Shown here: positions 37,559-47,714 of the stretch, one piece after another
Numbering within the stretch: the stretch's first letter is position 1
Layout of the letters: the number at the start of each line of letters is the position of its first letter
Assembly: GCA_051252135.1 (NCBI GenBank)
Contig: JBPOGH010000001.1
Span: 576,001-640,000, forward strand
Reading direction: 5' to 3'
From: Verrucomicrobiaceae bacterium
GTDB lineage: Bacteria > Verrucomicrobiota > Verrucomicrobiia > Verrucomicrobiales > Akkermansiaceae
DNA length: 64,000 nucleotides
Program-made: the position numbers and the translations under genes
Notes under the pieces: model-generated
What the model was told of the DNA's origin: nothing
The model's database searches: none
What the model saw: only the letters and a program-made list of their open reading frames with translations

Positions 37559-39340
37559 ATGAAAAAACGAAACAAACTTTCACTCACCGTCGCGCTCACG
37601 ATGTCCTTCCCCGTCGCGATGAAAGCGCAGGAAACGCAAATCGATTCCACCACCATCACCGCGACCGCATCGAACTCGTTCGATGCCCGCTTCACTCCTG
37701 ATCATATTTTGGATGGCGAAACTCTCGAGGGCTTCCGCAATACCGGCGATGCCGGTCCTCCCGAACGACCGGCACAACACCAGGGCAATCACTGGATCAC
37801 CGCCGACAATAATCTCACCGCTACTTTGACCTTCAATCTCGGAGGGGTTTACAACCTCACACGCCTCGAAGTCCTCAACAGCTCCAACACCAACTGGAAT
37901 GACCGGGAGACCGATCAATTCACCATCGAAACATCCACTGACGGAGGAGACACTTGGTCCGCTCCTTCCTCCCCTGTCGAACTTCAGGATTATGTCGATG
38001 GCTTCCAGGAAGTAATCGTCGATGCCGAAGGCATCAACAGCATCCGGCTCAACTGCGAAAACCTCGACAACGATCAGGATATTGCCGATGGCACGACCGA
38101 CACCGGAGTCGGCCTCAATGAAATTCGATTCTTCGCTACCCCTCCCGAGGATTCCGATGATGACGGCCTCCCTGACAGTTGGGAAATTTCTTTCTTTGGT
38201 GACCTCTCTCGCACCGGAGACTCTGACGATGATGTCGATGAAAACGACGCTCCCGCTCCCGATGGACTCACCAATGCGGAGGAGCTGGCTAATGGCACCA
38301 GCCCTATCGATCCGGACTCGGACGACGACACCCTTCTTGATGGAGCCGAAGTAAAGACCCACAATAGTAATCCTCTTGCCAAGGATACCGACGGAGATCG
38401 ACTCACCGATCCGGAGGAAGTTAATATCCACGGCTCTAATCCTACCCTTGTCGATACCGACGGAGACGAACTCAATGACTTTGCCGAGGTCAACACCTTC
38501 ATGACTCTTCCGAATGATGACGACACTGACGACGACACCTTGCTGGATGGAGCTGAAGTCTTGCACCTCCTCACCGATCCACTCGTTTTCACAAGCCGGG
38601 TTGGCTTGATCGACCCAACAATGATCACCGTCACGGCGGGCTCGACCCAGGAGCCCCGCTTTGATGCTCAAAATCTCGTCGATGAACTGACTCTGGAAGG
38701 TTTTAAAGATCAGGCTGACCCGGATGGCCTCCGCCCAACCCAGCACCAGGATAACCACTGGATGGCGGACGACGGCGTTTTCAACGAGACCCTTACCTTC
38801 GATCTCGGTGCCACCTACAATCTCACCCACCTCGAGATTCGGAACACCTCAAACACCAACTGGAATGACGCCGAGACCAATACCTTCACCACCGCGACCT
38901 CTACCGATGGAGGGACCACATTCTCCACACCTTCCAAGGCCATCACTCTGCAGGATTACCTTGATGGATTCCAAACGGTGCCCCTCATCGCAGCCGGTGT
39001 TACGCATGTTCAACTCGCAGTGACCAATATCGAAGGCGACGGACCGGAAGTTGAACGCCGCGTCGGACTGAACGAAGTTCGCTTCTACGAAGGTGAGGCA
39101 GGAGGAATCAAAATTCAGTCGATCGTTCGTGGACTGAACGGAGCCAATCAACCTGCCACCACCATCTCTTTCACGAGCATTCCTAATGCTACGTATAAAG
39201 TCGAAGCCAGCGTCGACCTTGAAAATTGGATTGAGATTAACGACAGCATCACATCTGAAGGTTTGTCCACCGTCTTCATCGATGACGATCCAACCATTCA
39301 AGAAGAGCTTACGGTCTTTTATCGGGTTCTCCTGAAGTAA
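37559..39340 (+). CDS. Secreted protein: two discoidin-like domains, TSP3-like Ca-binding repeats, shared C-terminal domain
   Basis: Signal peptide MKKRNK...MKA; two 'RPxQHQxNHW...NxSNTNWND.ET...GLNE.RF' domains; DxDxDxLxD repeats; ends 'FYRVLLK'. Confidence 0.85.
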   Translation: MKKRNKLSLTVALTMSFPVAMKAQETQIDSTTITATASNSFDARFTPDHILDGETLEGFRNTGDAGPPERPAQHQGNHWITADNNLTATLTFNLGGVYNLTRLEVLNSSNTNWNDRETDQFTIETSTDGGDTWSAPSSPVELQDYVDGFQEVIVDAEGINSIRLNCENLDNDQDIADGTTDTGVGLNEIRFFATPPEDSDDDGLPDSWEISFFGDLSRTGDSDDDVDENDAPAPDGLTNAEELANGTSPIDPDSDDDTLLDGAEVKTHNSNPLAKDTDGDRLTDPEEVNIHGSNPTLVDTDGDELNDFAEVNTFMTLPNDDDTDDDTLLDGAEVLHLLTDPLVFTSRVGLIDPTMITVTAGSTQEPRFDAQNLVDELTLEGFKDQADPDGLRPTQHQDNHWMADDGVFNETLTFDLGATYNLTHLEIRNTSNTNWNDAETNTFTTATSTDGGTTFSTPSKAITLQDYLDGFQTVPLIAAGVTHVQLAVTNIEGDGPEVERRVGLNEVRFYEGEAGGIKIQSIVRGLNGANQPATTISFTSIPNATYKVEASVDLENWIEINDSITSEGLSTVFIDDDPTIQEELTVFYRVLLK

Positions 39341-39354
39341 GAATAACCATTCAC

Positions 39355-42300
39355 ATGCTCCTGAACTCCAGATCTCTTCCATGGCTCTATCTCTTGGCTC
39401 TCACCAAAGCGACGTTGGCATTCGATTCCATCGTCGTAATCAATGAGATTCAATATCACCCCGAGGGAGATGACGCGGCGCTGGAGTTCCTCGAGCTTTA
39501 CAATCAAAACACGGTAAACGTCGATCTCTCTGGCTGGAGAATTTCCGGAGGTGTCGACTTCGTCTTTCCTGAAGGAACGATTCTCGACGGCCAAAGCTAT
39601 CTCGTCATCGCCGCCGCACCTGCGACTCTGGAAGATGCTTCGGGTATCGACGGCGCCTACGGCCCTTGGGAGGGCGCGCTTGAAAACAAAGGCGAGACCC
39701 TTCGCCTCCGAAACGGAAATGACCGCATCATGGATGAGGTCGAATACAACGACCGCTTCCCTTGGCCTGTCGCTGCCGATGGCTCTGGGGCCAGCCTTTC
39801 CAAACTCCGCCCCGACACCACCGGCGTACTCGTCGCCAATTGGCACTTTTCCCTGGAAAACGGAGGCACCCCGGGAGCGCCCAACTTCATCGACCCCAGC
39901 TCCGTCACTCCGGGCCTTCGAATCAGTGAAGTGTCTGCAGCAGGAGCCAATTTTTCCATCGAACTGTTGCACACCGGTACCAATCCCCTCAATCTGGCCA
40001 ATCACATTTTGGCGACATCCGGAAATCCCGGAAACGAATACACCTTCCCCGGACCCCTCGATATTTTGCAACCGGGAGAACGAAGAGTGATCGAATCCGC
40101 TGAACTCGGTTTCACCCCCCCAGCAACCGAGCGACTTTTCCTCTTGGGCAAAGACCGTGAGACCGTGCTCGATGGAGTGGACTTAAAAACCTCCGCTCAA
40201 GCCCGCGATTTCACGGGCCAAAGCGACGAATTTCTTCAGCCCAACTCGCTGACCCCGAACGCCGAAAACGACATCACCTATCGTGATGAGATCGTGATCA
40301 ACGAAATCATGTATTCTCATCGGCCCCAGTATGCCAGCGAAGGAGTCCAACCTTCATTTGCTGAGCAAGCCATCTTCGACTTCAACAAGACATGGCGCTT
40401 TAACGACTCGGGGAACGATCTTGGCACCGGCTGGGCCGACTCCAGTCATGTGGTGGGCGGAGATTGGAAAAGCGGACCCGCGCCCATCGGACGGGAAAGT
40501 GCCGATGATATCGACCCACCCATCGCGACTGCGGCTACCGTTAATTTTTTCAGCAACTACATCTCAACTTACTACTTCGAGACTGACTTCGACATCAACG
40601 CGCAAGACCTCGCAGGGATCACTCAACTCAAGCTGACCCACATGATCGATGACGGTGCAGTCTTCTACCTCAACGGTCAGGAAATCGGTCGGGTCAATCT
40701 CCCCGAGGGAGTCATCACCTACGAAACACGGGCTCTCGAAAACATCGAAGCCGATCAACAAACGCTCATCATCAACCCCACCAATCTTCTCGCAGGCAAC
40801 AACCGATTCTCGATCGAAGTTCATCAAACGGAAGGCAGCAGCAGTGACATCGTGATGGCGCTCGCCCTTTCCACCCTCGAAGAAATTCCTTCGGACGACC
40901 CTCCCCGGGATTATGAAGTAATCGAGGAGGAATGGATTGAACTCTACAATCGCTCGCAAGACTCCGTAGACCTGGGCGGATGGAAGATCGAGGACGCCGT
41001 TGATTTTGAATTCCCGCAAGGCACTCAGCTCGGAAGCGGCGAATATCTGGTTGTCGCAAAAGACGCCGCGGCTCTCGCCAGCAAATTTTCCGGCATCACC
41101 ATTCTGGGAGACTTCTCGGGTTCACTCTCGAATAGCAGGGAAAATGTCCGCCTCAGTGACGCCCGGGGAAACCCGGCCGATGAAGTCTACTACCACGATG
41201 GCTCCCCTTGGCCCGGTGCCGCCGATGCCGGCGGGTCCAGCATCGAACTCCTCAACCCGGAGATCGATAACGCCAAAGCAAGCTCTTGGGCTGCCAGCTC
41301 AAACGCAGCGACCTCGGAATGGAAAAATTACTCCTACACCGCCACTGCCGCCCTTCCTCACTATCGTCCAAACATCCTTAACTTCCACGAACTCCGTCTC
41401 GGTCTGCTCGAAGGTGGCGAGGTTTTACTCGATGACGTTTCCGTTCTTGAAAACCCTACCACAGCCCCACGCGAGCTGATGCAAAATGGTGGATTCAACA
41501 ATGGATCCGATTCTTGGCGACTTCTTGGCACACACCAGCACTCGAGCGTGATCGATGATGATGGAAATGCCGTCCTCAAAGTTGTCGCCACTGGTTCCAT
41601 GAACTATCTCAACAACTTGCTTGAGACCTCGCTCAAAGCCGATGGCAACCTCGTCCCCGTCGTTCCGGGAACTGAGTATCGCATTTCCTTCCGGGCCAAA
41701 TGGCTCAAAGGCAGCCCGCAGTTCCGCGCCGAACTTTACTACAACCAACTTGCCGAACTCTTCATTCTCGAACAGCCCGAAACCCACGGAACTCCGGGCT
41801 CACAAAATTCGACTTTTGTTACGAACCCCGGACCACAAGGTTCCCGGTTAAAACACGATCCCGCCGTTCCGGATTCCAATCAAGCGATCACCGTCAGCGC
41901 TCACCTCTCCGATCCCGATGGCATTTCCTCCGCGACCCTCCATTACTCGGTAAATGGCTCTTCCTTCCAGCAAGTCACGATGGCGGAATCCGGAATCTCA
42001 GACATCTGGACCGGACAAATCCCCGGGCAATCAACCGCTGCTCGCATCCAGTTCTACCTCGAAATGACTGATGGCGCGGCCCAGCCCGTCACTGCATTTC
42101 ACCCACCGGCAGGTCCGGATTCCCGGGCCATGGTTCAGGTAAAAGACAACCGCGCGTCCACTGTCAGACAGAACATCCGCGTCATCCTCCCTTCCAGTGA
42201 CTCCAATGCGATGCACAACGCTGCGGACCTCCTTTCAAATGATCGCTACCCATGCACCGTGATCGTCAATGAACAGGATATTCACTACGACTGCGGCATC

Positions 42301-44346
42301 CGCCTTCGTGGCAGCATGTGGAGTCGCCGAACTTCCACCAACACCGGATTCAACATCAAGTTTCCTGCGGACAACCGTTTCCGTGGAATTCATAAGACAA
42401 TGACCGTGCGCAACCGCGGCCGCCAGGAAATCGTCGTTAAGCACCTCATCAACCAAGCCGGAGAACTTCACGACAACTACAACGACGCCGCGCAACTCAT
42501 CTACAACACCCAAAACGGAGTTCCCGTCCGCGTCGAGATGGCTCGCTTTGGCACCGCCTACATGAAGGGCCATAAAAATGGAGGCGGCACCGTTTTTAAA
42601 ATGGAAGGCATCCGCCAATTTGAAAGCACCTCAGGGAACAATCCCGAAGGCCAAAAGCTCCCCTTCCCCATCGGCTGGGTTTCGAGCTTCGACCTCGCCG
42701 ATCAGGGCGACGAGAAGGAAATCTACCGCCACAACATGCGCATCAACAGCAACAATGATATCGACGACTACACCGAAATCATACGCATGTGCAAAACCTT
42801 CAGCCTAAGCGGCCAGGAAATTGAAAATGCCGCCATCGACAATCTCAACGTCGACGAATGGATGCGCCAGTTCGCCCTTCTGTCACTCTGTGGCATTAGC
42901 GATACCTACACCCAGGGAAACCCGCACAACCTCAACTTTTATGTCCGTCCACAGGACGGGAAAGTCGAACCCATGCCTTGGGACTGGGATTTCACCTTCC
43001 AACGCAGCACCAATTCATCACTCTGGGGCGGTAGGAATTTCGCCAAGCTTCCCGGCCGCTCCATCTTTCAGCGCCTCTATCATGGTCACCTTCATGACAT
43101 GATCAATTCTTCCTTCGACAGCGCTTACATGCAGCCTTGGCTGACGCACTACGGCAGCAAAATGGGTGAAAACTACAGCAGTACCGCAAACTACATCACC
43201 GCACGATCAAACTACGTTCTCTCTCAACTCCCCACAGAGACTCCCTTTGCGATCAACACCAACGGGGGAAGCGATTTCGATGTCGCAGCATCCACCGTCA
43301 ATCTCAGCGGCAATGGCTGGATCGATGTCCGGGAAATCATCGTCAACGGAAGCCCGGATCCCTTCCCCGTCATCTGGACCGATGCCAGCACTTGGGAAAT
43401 CCAGATTCCAATTCAGCCTGGAGCCAATCCCCTCACTCTCACTGCTCTCGATTTTCAGGGAAATGCGACTGGCAGTGACACCATCAACGTGACGAACACC
43501 AGCACCACGGAGCCTGCCTCTGCGGCGAACCTTGTCATCTCCGAGCTGCACTATCATCCCACAAACGACGCGCTCGAGGAGTTCGTGGAGCTTCAGAACA
43601 TCCACCCAACGGCTTCGGTCGACCTTACAGGGGTCCTCTTCACAGAAGGTATCGATTTTGAGTTTCCCTCAGGCACCATCCTGGCTCCGGGAGAACGGAT
43701 TCTCGTCGTGCAAAACCTTGCTGCTTTTTCTGCAAAGTATGGCAATCAATTCACGATCGTTGGAGCCTTCGGAAACCTCACCAAGCTTTCCAACAAAGGA
43801 GAAACCATCCGACTCGAAGCACAGGGAGGAGAGTTGATCCAAGAGGTCACCTACTCTGATGAAGGTTCCTGGCCGGACGAAGCGGATGGAAAAGGACCAA
43901 GCCTAGTCTTAATCTACCCTTCTGGAAATCCCGATCATGCTCTGGCCGTAAACTGGCGTCCTAGCATCGCCCCTGGTGGAAACCCCGGCACCACTGATGC
44001 CGTCTCCTTTACCGGAATTGCTTCAACCGATTCTGACAACGACGGCTACAACGACCTCCTGGAATATGCTTTGGGAAGTGATCCCACGCAGACTTCGAGC
44101 ACTCCGCAGATTTCGTTAACTCCGGGCGCCGGGAACACCATGACGATGTCAGTCAACGTTCAGGCCAACGCAGACGACATCATTGTCGCCCCACAATTCT
44201 CAAGCGACTTGAATCTGTGGACAGTCACCGGCCTTCTCACTTCTCGGGTGTCTCAAGGAAATGGCATCGATGCGCTCACCTTCCGTTTCGAGTTCGCCTC
44301 TCCAGCAACCAAGGGATTCACCCGCATCCTCGTTGAGCAGCGATAA
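39355..44346 (+). CDS. Lamin-tail-domain / CotH kinase-family secreted protein
   Basis: Repeated 'VVINEIQYHP...EFLELYN...VDLSGWRI' LTDs; CotH-like 'GIRLRGS...FNIKF...HNLNFY...PMPWDWDFTF'; TSP3-like linker and C-terminal domain. Confidence 0.88.
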   Translation: MLLNSRSLPWLYLLALTKATLAFDSIVVINEIQYHPEGDDAALEFLELYNQNTVNVDLSGWRISGGVDFVFPEGTILDGQSYLVIAAAPATLEDASGIDGAYGPWEGALENKGETLRLRNGNDRIMDEVEYNDRFPWPVAADGSGASLSKLRPDTTGVLVANWHFSLENGGTPGAPNFIDPSSVTPGLRISEVSAAGANFSIELLHTGTNPLNLANHILATSGNPGNEYTFPGPLDILQPGERRVIESAELGFTPPATERLFLLGKDRETVLDGVDLKTSAQARDFTGQSDEFLQPNSLTPNAENDITYRDEIVINEIMYSHRPQYASEGVQPSFAEQAIFDFNKTWRFNDSGNDLGTGWADSSHVVGGDWKSGPAPIGRESADDIDPPIATAATVNFFSNYISTYYFETDFDINAQDLAGITQLKLTHMIDDGAVFYLNGQEIGRVNLPEGVITYETRALENIEADQQTLIINPTNLLAGNNRFSIEVHQTEGSSSDIVMALALSTLEEIPSDDPPRDYEVIEEEWIELYNRSQDSVDLGGWKIEDAVDFEFPQGTQLGSGEYLVVAKDAAALASKFSGITILGDFSGSLSNSRENVRLSDARGNPADEVYYHDGSPWPGAADAGGSSIELLNPEIDNAKASSWAASSNAATSEWKNYSYTATAALPHYRPNILNFHELRLGLLEGGEVLLDDVSVLENPTTAPRELMQNGGFNNGSDSWRLLGTHQHSSVIDDDGNAVLKVVATGSMNYLNNLLETSLKADGNLVPVVPGTEYRISFRAKWLKGSPQFRAELYYNQLAELFILEQPETHGTPGSQNSTFVTNPGPQGSRLKHDPAVPDSNQAITVSAHLSDPDGISSATLHYSVNGSSFQQVTMAESGISDIWTGQIPGQSTAARIQFYLEMTDGAAQPVTAFHPPAGPDSRAMVQVKDNRASTVRQNIRVILPSSDSNAMHNAADLLSNDRYPCTVIVNEQDIHYDCGIRLRGSMWSRRTSTNTGFNIKFPADNRFRGIHKTMTVRNRGRQEIVVKHLINQAGELHDNYNDAAQLIYNTQNGVPVRVEMARFGTAYMKGHKNGGGTVFKMEGIRQFESTSGNNPEGQKLPFPIGWVSSFDLADQGDEKEIYRHNMRINSNNDIDDYTEIIRMCKTFSLSGQEIENAAIDNLNVDEWMRQFALLSLCGISDTYTQGNPHNLNFYVRPQDGKVEPMPWDWDFTFQRSTNSSLWGGRNFAKLPGRSIFQRLYHGHLHDMINSSFDSAYMQPWLTHYGSKMGENYSSTANYITARSNYVLSQLPTETPFAINTNGGSDFDVAASTVNLSGNGWIDVREIIVNGSPDPFPVIWTDASTWEIQIPIQPGANPLTLTALDFQGNATGSDTINVTNTSTTEPASAANLVISELHYHPTNDALEEFVELQNIHPTASVDLTGVLFTEGIDFEFPSGTILAPGERILVVQNLAAFSAKYGNQFTIVGAFGNLTKLSNKGETIRLEAQGGELIQEVTYSDEGSWPDEADGKGPSLVLIYPSGNPDHALAVNWRPSIAPGGNPGTTDAVSFTGIASTDSDNDGYNDLLEYALGSDPTQTSSTPQISLTPGAGNTMTMSVNVQANADDIIVAPQFSSDLNLWTVTGLLTSRVSQGNGIDALTFRFEFASPATKGFTRILVEQR

Positions 44347-44377
44347 GTAAGCGGACCACTCCCGGATTTTAATCTCT

Positions 44378-47300
44378 ATGACAGTTCAACTCCTCTTTCG
44401 TTCTCTGATCGATTTCGTAGCAGTCGGAGTCTTAATGACTGATGCTCAAGCGACCTCCCCTTCCGGCGTCGCTCAACCGGAAAGAACGCAAATTTCGATC
44501 AAGCTTCCTAAAAAGGCTCCTGATCAATTTTCCGTCAAACTGACCCACGTGGACAGCCCGTTGACCTTGAGCCTGTGGAGCAACCGGGTGACAGGTGAAA
44601 ACACCCGTTTCCTTGCCCCAAATGAATCAGGCACCCTCGAAGAGATCGCCTCCTGCCTGGAAGCCTCATACTTGGGAACAGTTGAAGAACATCCTGAATT
44701 TTCGGTGGGGGCGATTCTGACCACACACGGCTTGCTCGCGACAATCGTGCGTCCGGGAGAGTCATCCCTTACCGTAAGCCCTGATTGGAGTTCGTCCGAT
44801 CAGGCTCGGCATTGGCTCTCGATCGAAGAGGCGTGGAACGAAGAAGATTGTCTTTGTGAAGGAGATGGGAGCCATTCTTCACACCTGATGGTATCGTCTT
44901 CGACAGCTGCAGAGACATCGCCTGCCACCACTCAATCGTTCCCACGCGGGACGAAAAGCACGGGCAGTGCAACTCTTTCACCCACCCGGGTAATGGAGGT
45001 GTTGGAATTTGAAGTAGGCGTGGAAATTGGCTCGCGAGCCTTCGAAAGCAACTATGGCGGGAACCTGGCTTCCGCTCAGGCAGCCGCGGCATCGATCGCC
45101 TCCAATATGGATGCACGCTACTTGCGCGGAGCCGGAATCAAGCACGTGCTTGGAACAGTCATCATTCGAACCGATGCGGCCACCGACCCACTCCGTAATT
45201 CGGTCACCGCAACCGGCGCAGCAGCCAATGCCAGCAGCAGCCTCAGCGCGTTTCGCAATTATTGGAACAACAATGCGGGAGAGGTTGGCAACACCCATGA
45301 CCTTGCCGTTTACCACGTCAAATCGAACCCTTCAGGTTTGGCTTACGTCAACAGCGTCGGCTCGAGCAGCCGATACGCAACCAGCGGGAGCAATGGACCC
45401 ACGAGTTGGGCTGACGGAACACTCGTTCATGAGTTTGGACACTCATGGAATTTGCGCCATACCGCTGACGCCCCGATTACTGAGTTCAATTTTACAGGTG
45501 GCGCCGTGCCACCGGGCTCCTTCTACGAATCAAAGCCCAGAACCAACGGAAATGCCGCAGGCGGCTCACATGTTTTTGTCTCCGTGATGCATGGCAGTGG
45601 AAACAACAATATTGGACGCCTGGCAACTGATGAGGCCAACACCGTTTATTCGGTCAAACAGAGTAAACGCTCGTTTGGTCGCTTGGTGACAAACCCGGGA
45701 CAAATCCCACCATTTGGCCATCGGGACTCTGCCTTCGCCACAGTGGGAAGCAGCGTCATGATCGATGTCATTGCGAACGACTACGATGCCAATAACGATG
45801 TCTTGAATGCCGTCCTGAGAGATACCGTCAGCTTTCAGGGAGGAACAGTTTCGCTTTCAGCTGGCACCGGGCCGGGCGGGAGAAACGAGCTCCTTTACAC
45901 CCCTCCGACCAATCCTTCCGGAGAGGTCGACTTCTTCCACTACACCGTGTGCGACCCGAATGGGGGAACGGATTTTGGCACCGTGTATGTCACGATCGGA
46001 GAAGACCTGTTGTTTACCGAGAGCTTTATTTACCCCGCTGGAACCCTGGACGGGCAGAGCCACTCTGGAAATCCCTGGAGTGATCGCGTCAATGGTGGCT
46101 CCACCATGATAGTCACAAGCTCCAAACTCCTCGAAAATCCGGGTTCGCCTCTCTTGAGTGCGGGAGGAACGATCACGCAAACAGCAAGCGATCGTTTCGC
46201 ATTGGCTCTCCCGGCCAGAGCATCAGGAGGAGCGAACGGCTCGGTGCGCTACATCAGCTTCATTCAGAAACTCGCGTTTGCTGATGCGGGCCGCTCTCAG
46301 ATCGTCGAATTCTGGAACGGTGACCCGGTCGGAAGCAATACTGCGTTCTCATTTGGAACAGACACAAATGGAGACGCTCCGGATTACGGTCTCCTCATCG
46401 ACAAGGATGGAGCGGGAATTCCTTTGCCACTCGGAAGCCCGGATACAGAGGCCCACTTGATTGTTCTGAAGGTGGAGTATGGCTCGGGGGATGCCGATAA
46501 AATCAGTGTCTTTGTTGACCCGGGGATGAGTGAGCCCAACTCCCCGGACGCCTCGGCTAACTCCACCAATCTCGCCTTCACCCGAATTGGCTTTGGCTCT
46601 TTCCAGGGCGGCGGCCAGGAGATTGATGAATTTCGGATCGGAACGACCTATGAAAGCGTGGTTCCACAGGAGATCTCCGCGTTGTTCTTTGAAGAGACCT
46701 TTGCCTATCCAAATGGGGATCTTGCAGGGAAGGTAAACGATGGAAATGAATGGACCGATGTCACAGGTGGAGGATCGACCCTGGTCTCGGAAGAATGGGC
46801 GATTCAGGCAGCGAGCCATCGCGTTGCGCTGAGCCTTGCCACCGAAGCGGCAGGTGGAGCAAACAACACGGTGCGCTACATCAGCTTCATCCAGAAGTTT
46901 GCTTCCTCAGATGTCAATAGGACGAAGATCATGGAGTTTTGGAATGGCGACCCGATCGGAAGCAATACCGCGTTCTCATTCGGGACCGATACCAATGGCG
47001 CCGCGCCGGACTACGGACTCTTCATCGACAAGGATGGTGACAACATTCCCCTCGACCTCGGCACGGCCGATGCCGAAGCGCATCTGATTGTCTTCAAGCT
47101 GGAATACGGACCGGATGGTGGAGATGCCATCAGTGTGTATCTGGATCCCGAGTCGAATGAACCGGATAGTCCTGATGCGATTGCCTTTTATCCGGACCTG
47201 AGCTTTGACCGTCTGGGATTTGGCGCATTTCAGGGGGGCGGTCAGGAAATTGACGACATCCGGATTGGGGCAACCTTCCGTGATGTGGTGCCAATGATCG

Positions 47301-47683
47301 ACCCGGATAGCGACAACGACGGCCTTCCGGATGACTTTGAACGAATGCACTACCACCCTACGGACCTTACCGTAACCGATGGCAGTGACGACCTTGACGG
47401 TGACGGCATGACGGATGCCGCTGAGTTTCTTGCCGGAACCGATCCCACGAATCCTCGCTCACTTCTCCAGGTGTCTGAATTTCGCCCCATCTCCGAATCG
47501 GAGATATTGATCAAATGGACCTCCGTAGCAGGCATCAATTATTCCATCTGGGCGAGTGAAGATCTGGCTCCCGGATCATGGACCCCGATCATCCCCTCAC
47601 GAACAGCAAACGGCCCGGTGATGATTGTGACCGTGCCTTATACCAACTCCAAAGAGTTCTTTCAGGTAAGAGTCAATCCTTAG
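44378..47683 (+). CDS. Secreted metzincin (M12/reprolysin-like) metallopeptidase with Ig-like domain, tandem duplicated domain and C-terminal domain
   Basis: 'HEFGHSWNLRH' zinc motif, Met-turn 'SVMH', Ig-like 'IDVIANDYDAN...YTP...DFFHYTV.D', ends 'EFFQVRVNP'. Confidence 0.85.
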   Translation: MTVQLLFRSLIDFVAVGVLMTDAQATSPSGVAQPERTQISIKLPKKAPDQFSVKLTHVDSPLTLSLWSNRVTGENTRFLAPNESGTLEEIASCLEASYLGTVEEHPEFSVGAILTTHGLLATIVRPGESSLTVSPDWSSSDQARHWLSIEEAWNEEDCLCEGDGSHSSHLMVSSSTAAETSPATTQSFPRGTKSTGSATLSPTRVMEVLEFEVGVEIGSRAFESNYGGNLASAQAAAASIASNMDARYLRGAGIKHVLGTVIIRTDAATDPLRNSVTATGAAANASSSLSAFRNYWNNNAGEVGNTHDLAVYHVKSNPSGLAYVNSVGSSSRYATSGSNGPTSWADGTLVHEFGHSWNLRHTADAPITEFNFTGGAVPPGSFYESKPRTNGNAAGGSHVFVSVMHGSGNNNIGRLATDEANTVYSVKQSKRSFGRLVTNPGQIPPFGHRDSAFATVGSSVMIDVIANDYDANNDVLNAVLRDTVSFQGGTVSLSAGTGPGGRNELLYTPPTNPSGEVDFFHYTVCDPNGGTDFGTVYVTIGEDLLFTESFIYPAGTLDGQSHSGNPWSDRVNGGSTMIVTSSKLLENPGSPLLSAGGTITQTASDRFALALPARASGGANGSVRYISFIQKLAFADAGRSQIVEFWNGDPVGSNTAFSFGTDTNGDAPDYGLLIDKDGAGIPLPLGSPDTEAHLIVLKVEYGSGDADKISVFVDPGMSEPNSPDASANSTNLAFTRIGFGSFQGGGQEIDEFRIGTTYESVVPQEISALFFEETFAYPNGDLAGKVNDGNEWTDVTGGGSTLVSEEWAIQAASHRVALSLATEAAGGANNTVRYISFIQKFASSDVNRTKIMEFWNGDPIGSNTAFSFGTDTNGAAPDYGLFIDKDGDNIPLDLGTADAEAHLIVFKLEYGPDGGDAISVYLDPESNEPDSPDAIAFYPDLSFDRLGFGAFQGGGQEIDDIRIGATFRDVVPMIDPDSDNDGLPDDFERMHYHPTDLTVTDGSDDLDGDGMTDAAEFLAGTDPTNPRSLLQVSEFRPISESEILIKWTSVAGINYSIWASEDLAPGSWTPIIPSRTANGPVMIVTVPYTNSKEFFQVRVNP
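46005..47295 (+). repeat. Tandem intragenic duplication (~46005-46670 and ~46680-47295)
   Basis: Both units read 'VRYISFIQK...EFWNGDP.GSNTAFSFGTDTNG.APDYGL.IDKDG...R.GFG.FQGGGQEID..RIG.T...VVP'; DNA similarity is visible. Confidence 0.9.
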
Positions 47684-47714
47684 CTCCAATGCCGGGTAAG
47701 ACGTCCCCTCAGCC

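Noticed and set aside
38150..38580. CRISPR-like or DNA tandem repeats
   Set aside because: The repetition is at protein level (DxDxDxLxD TSP3-like units). No identical DNA repeats with spacers were seen anywhere in the window.
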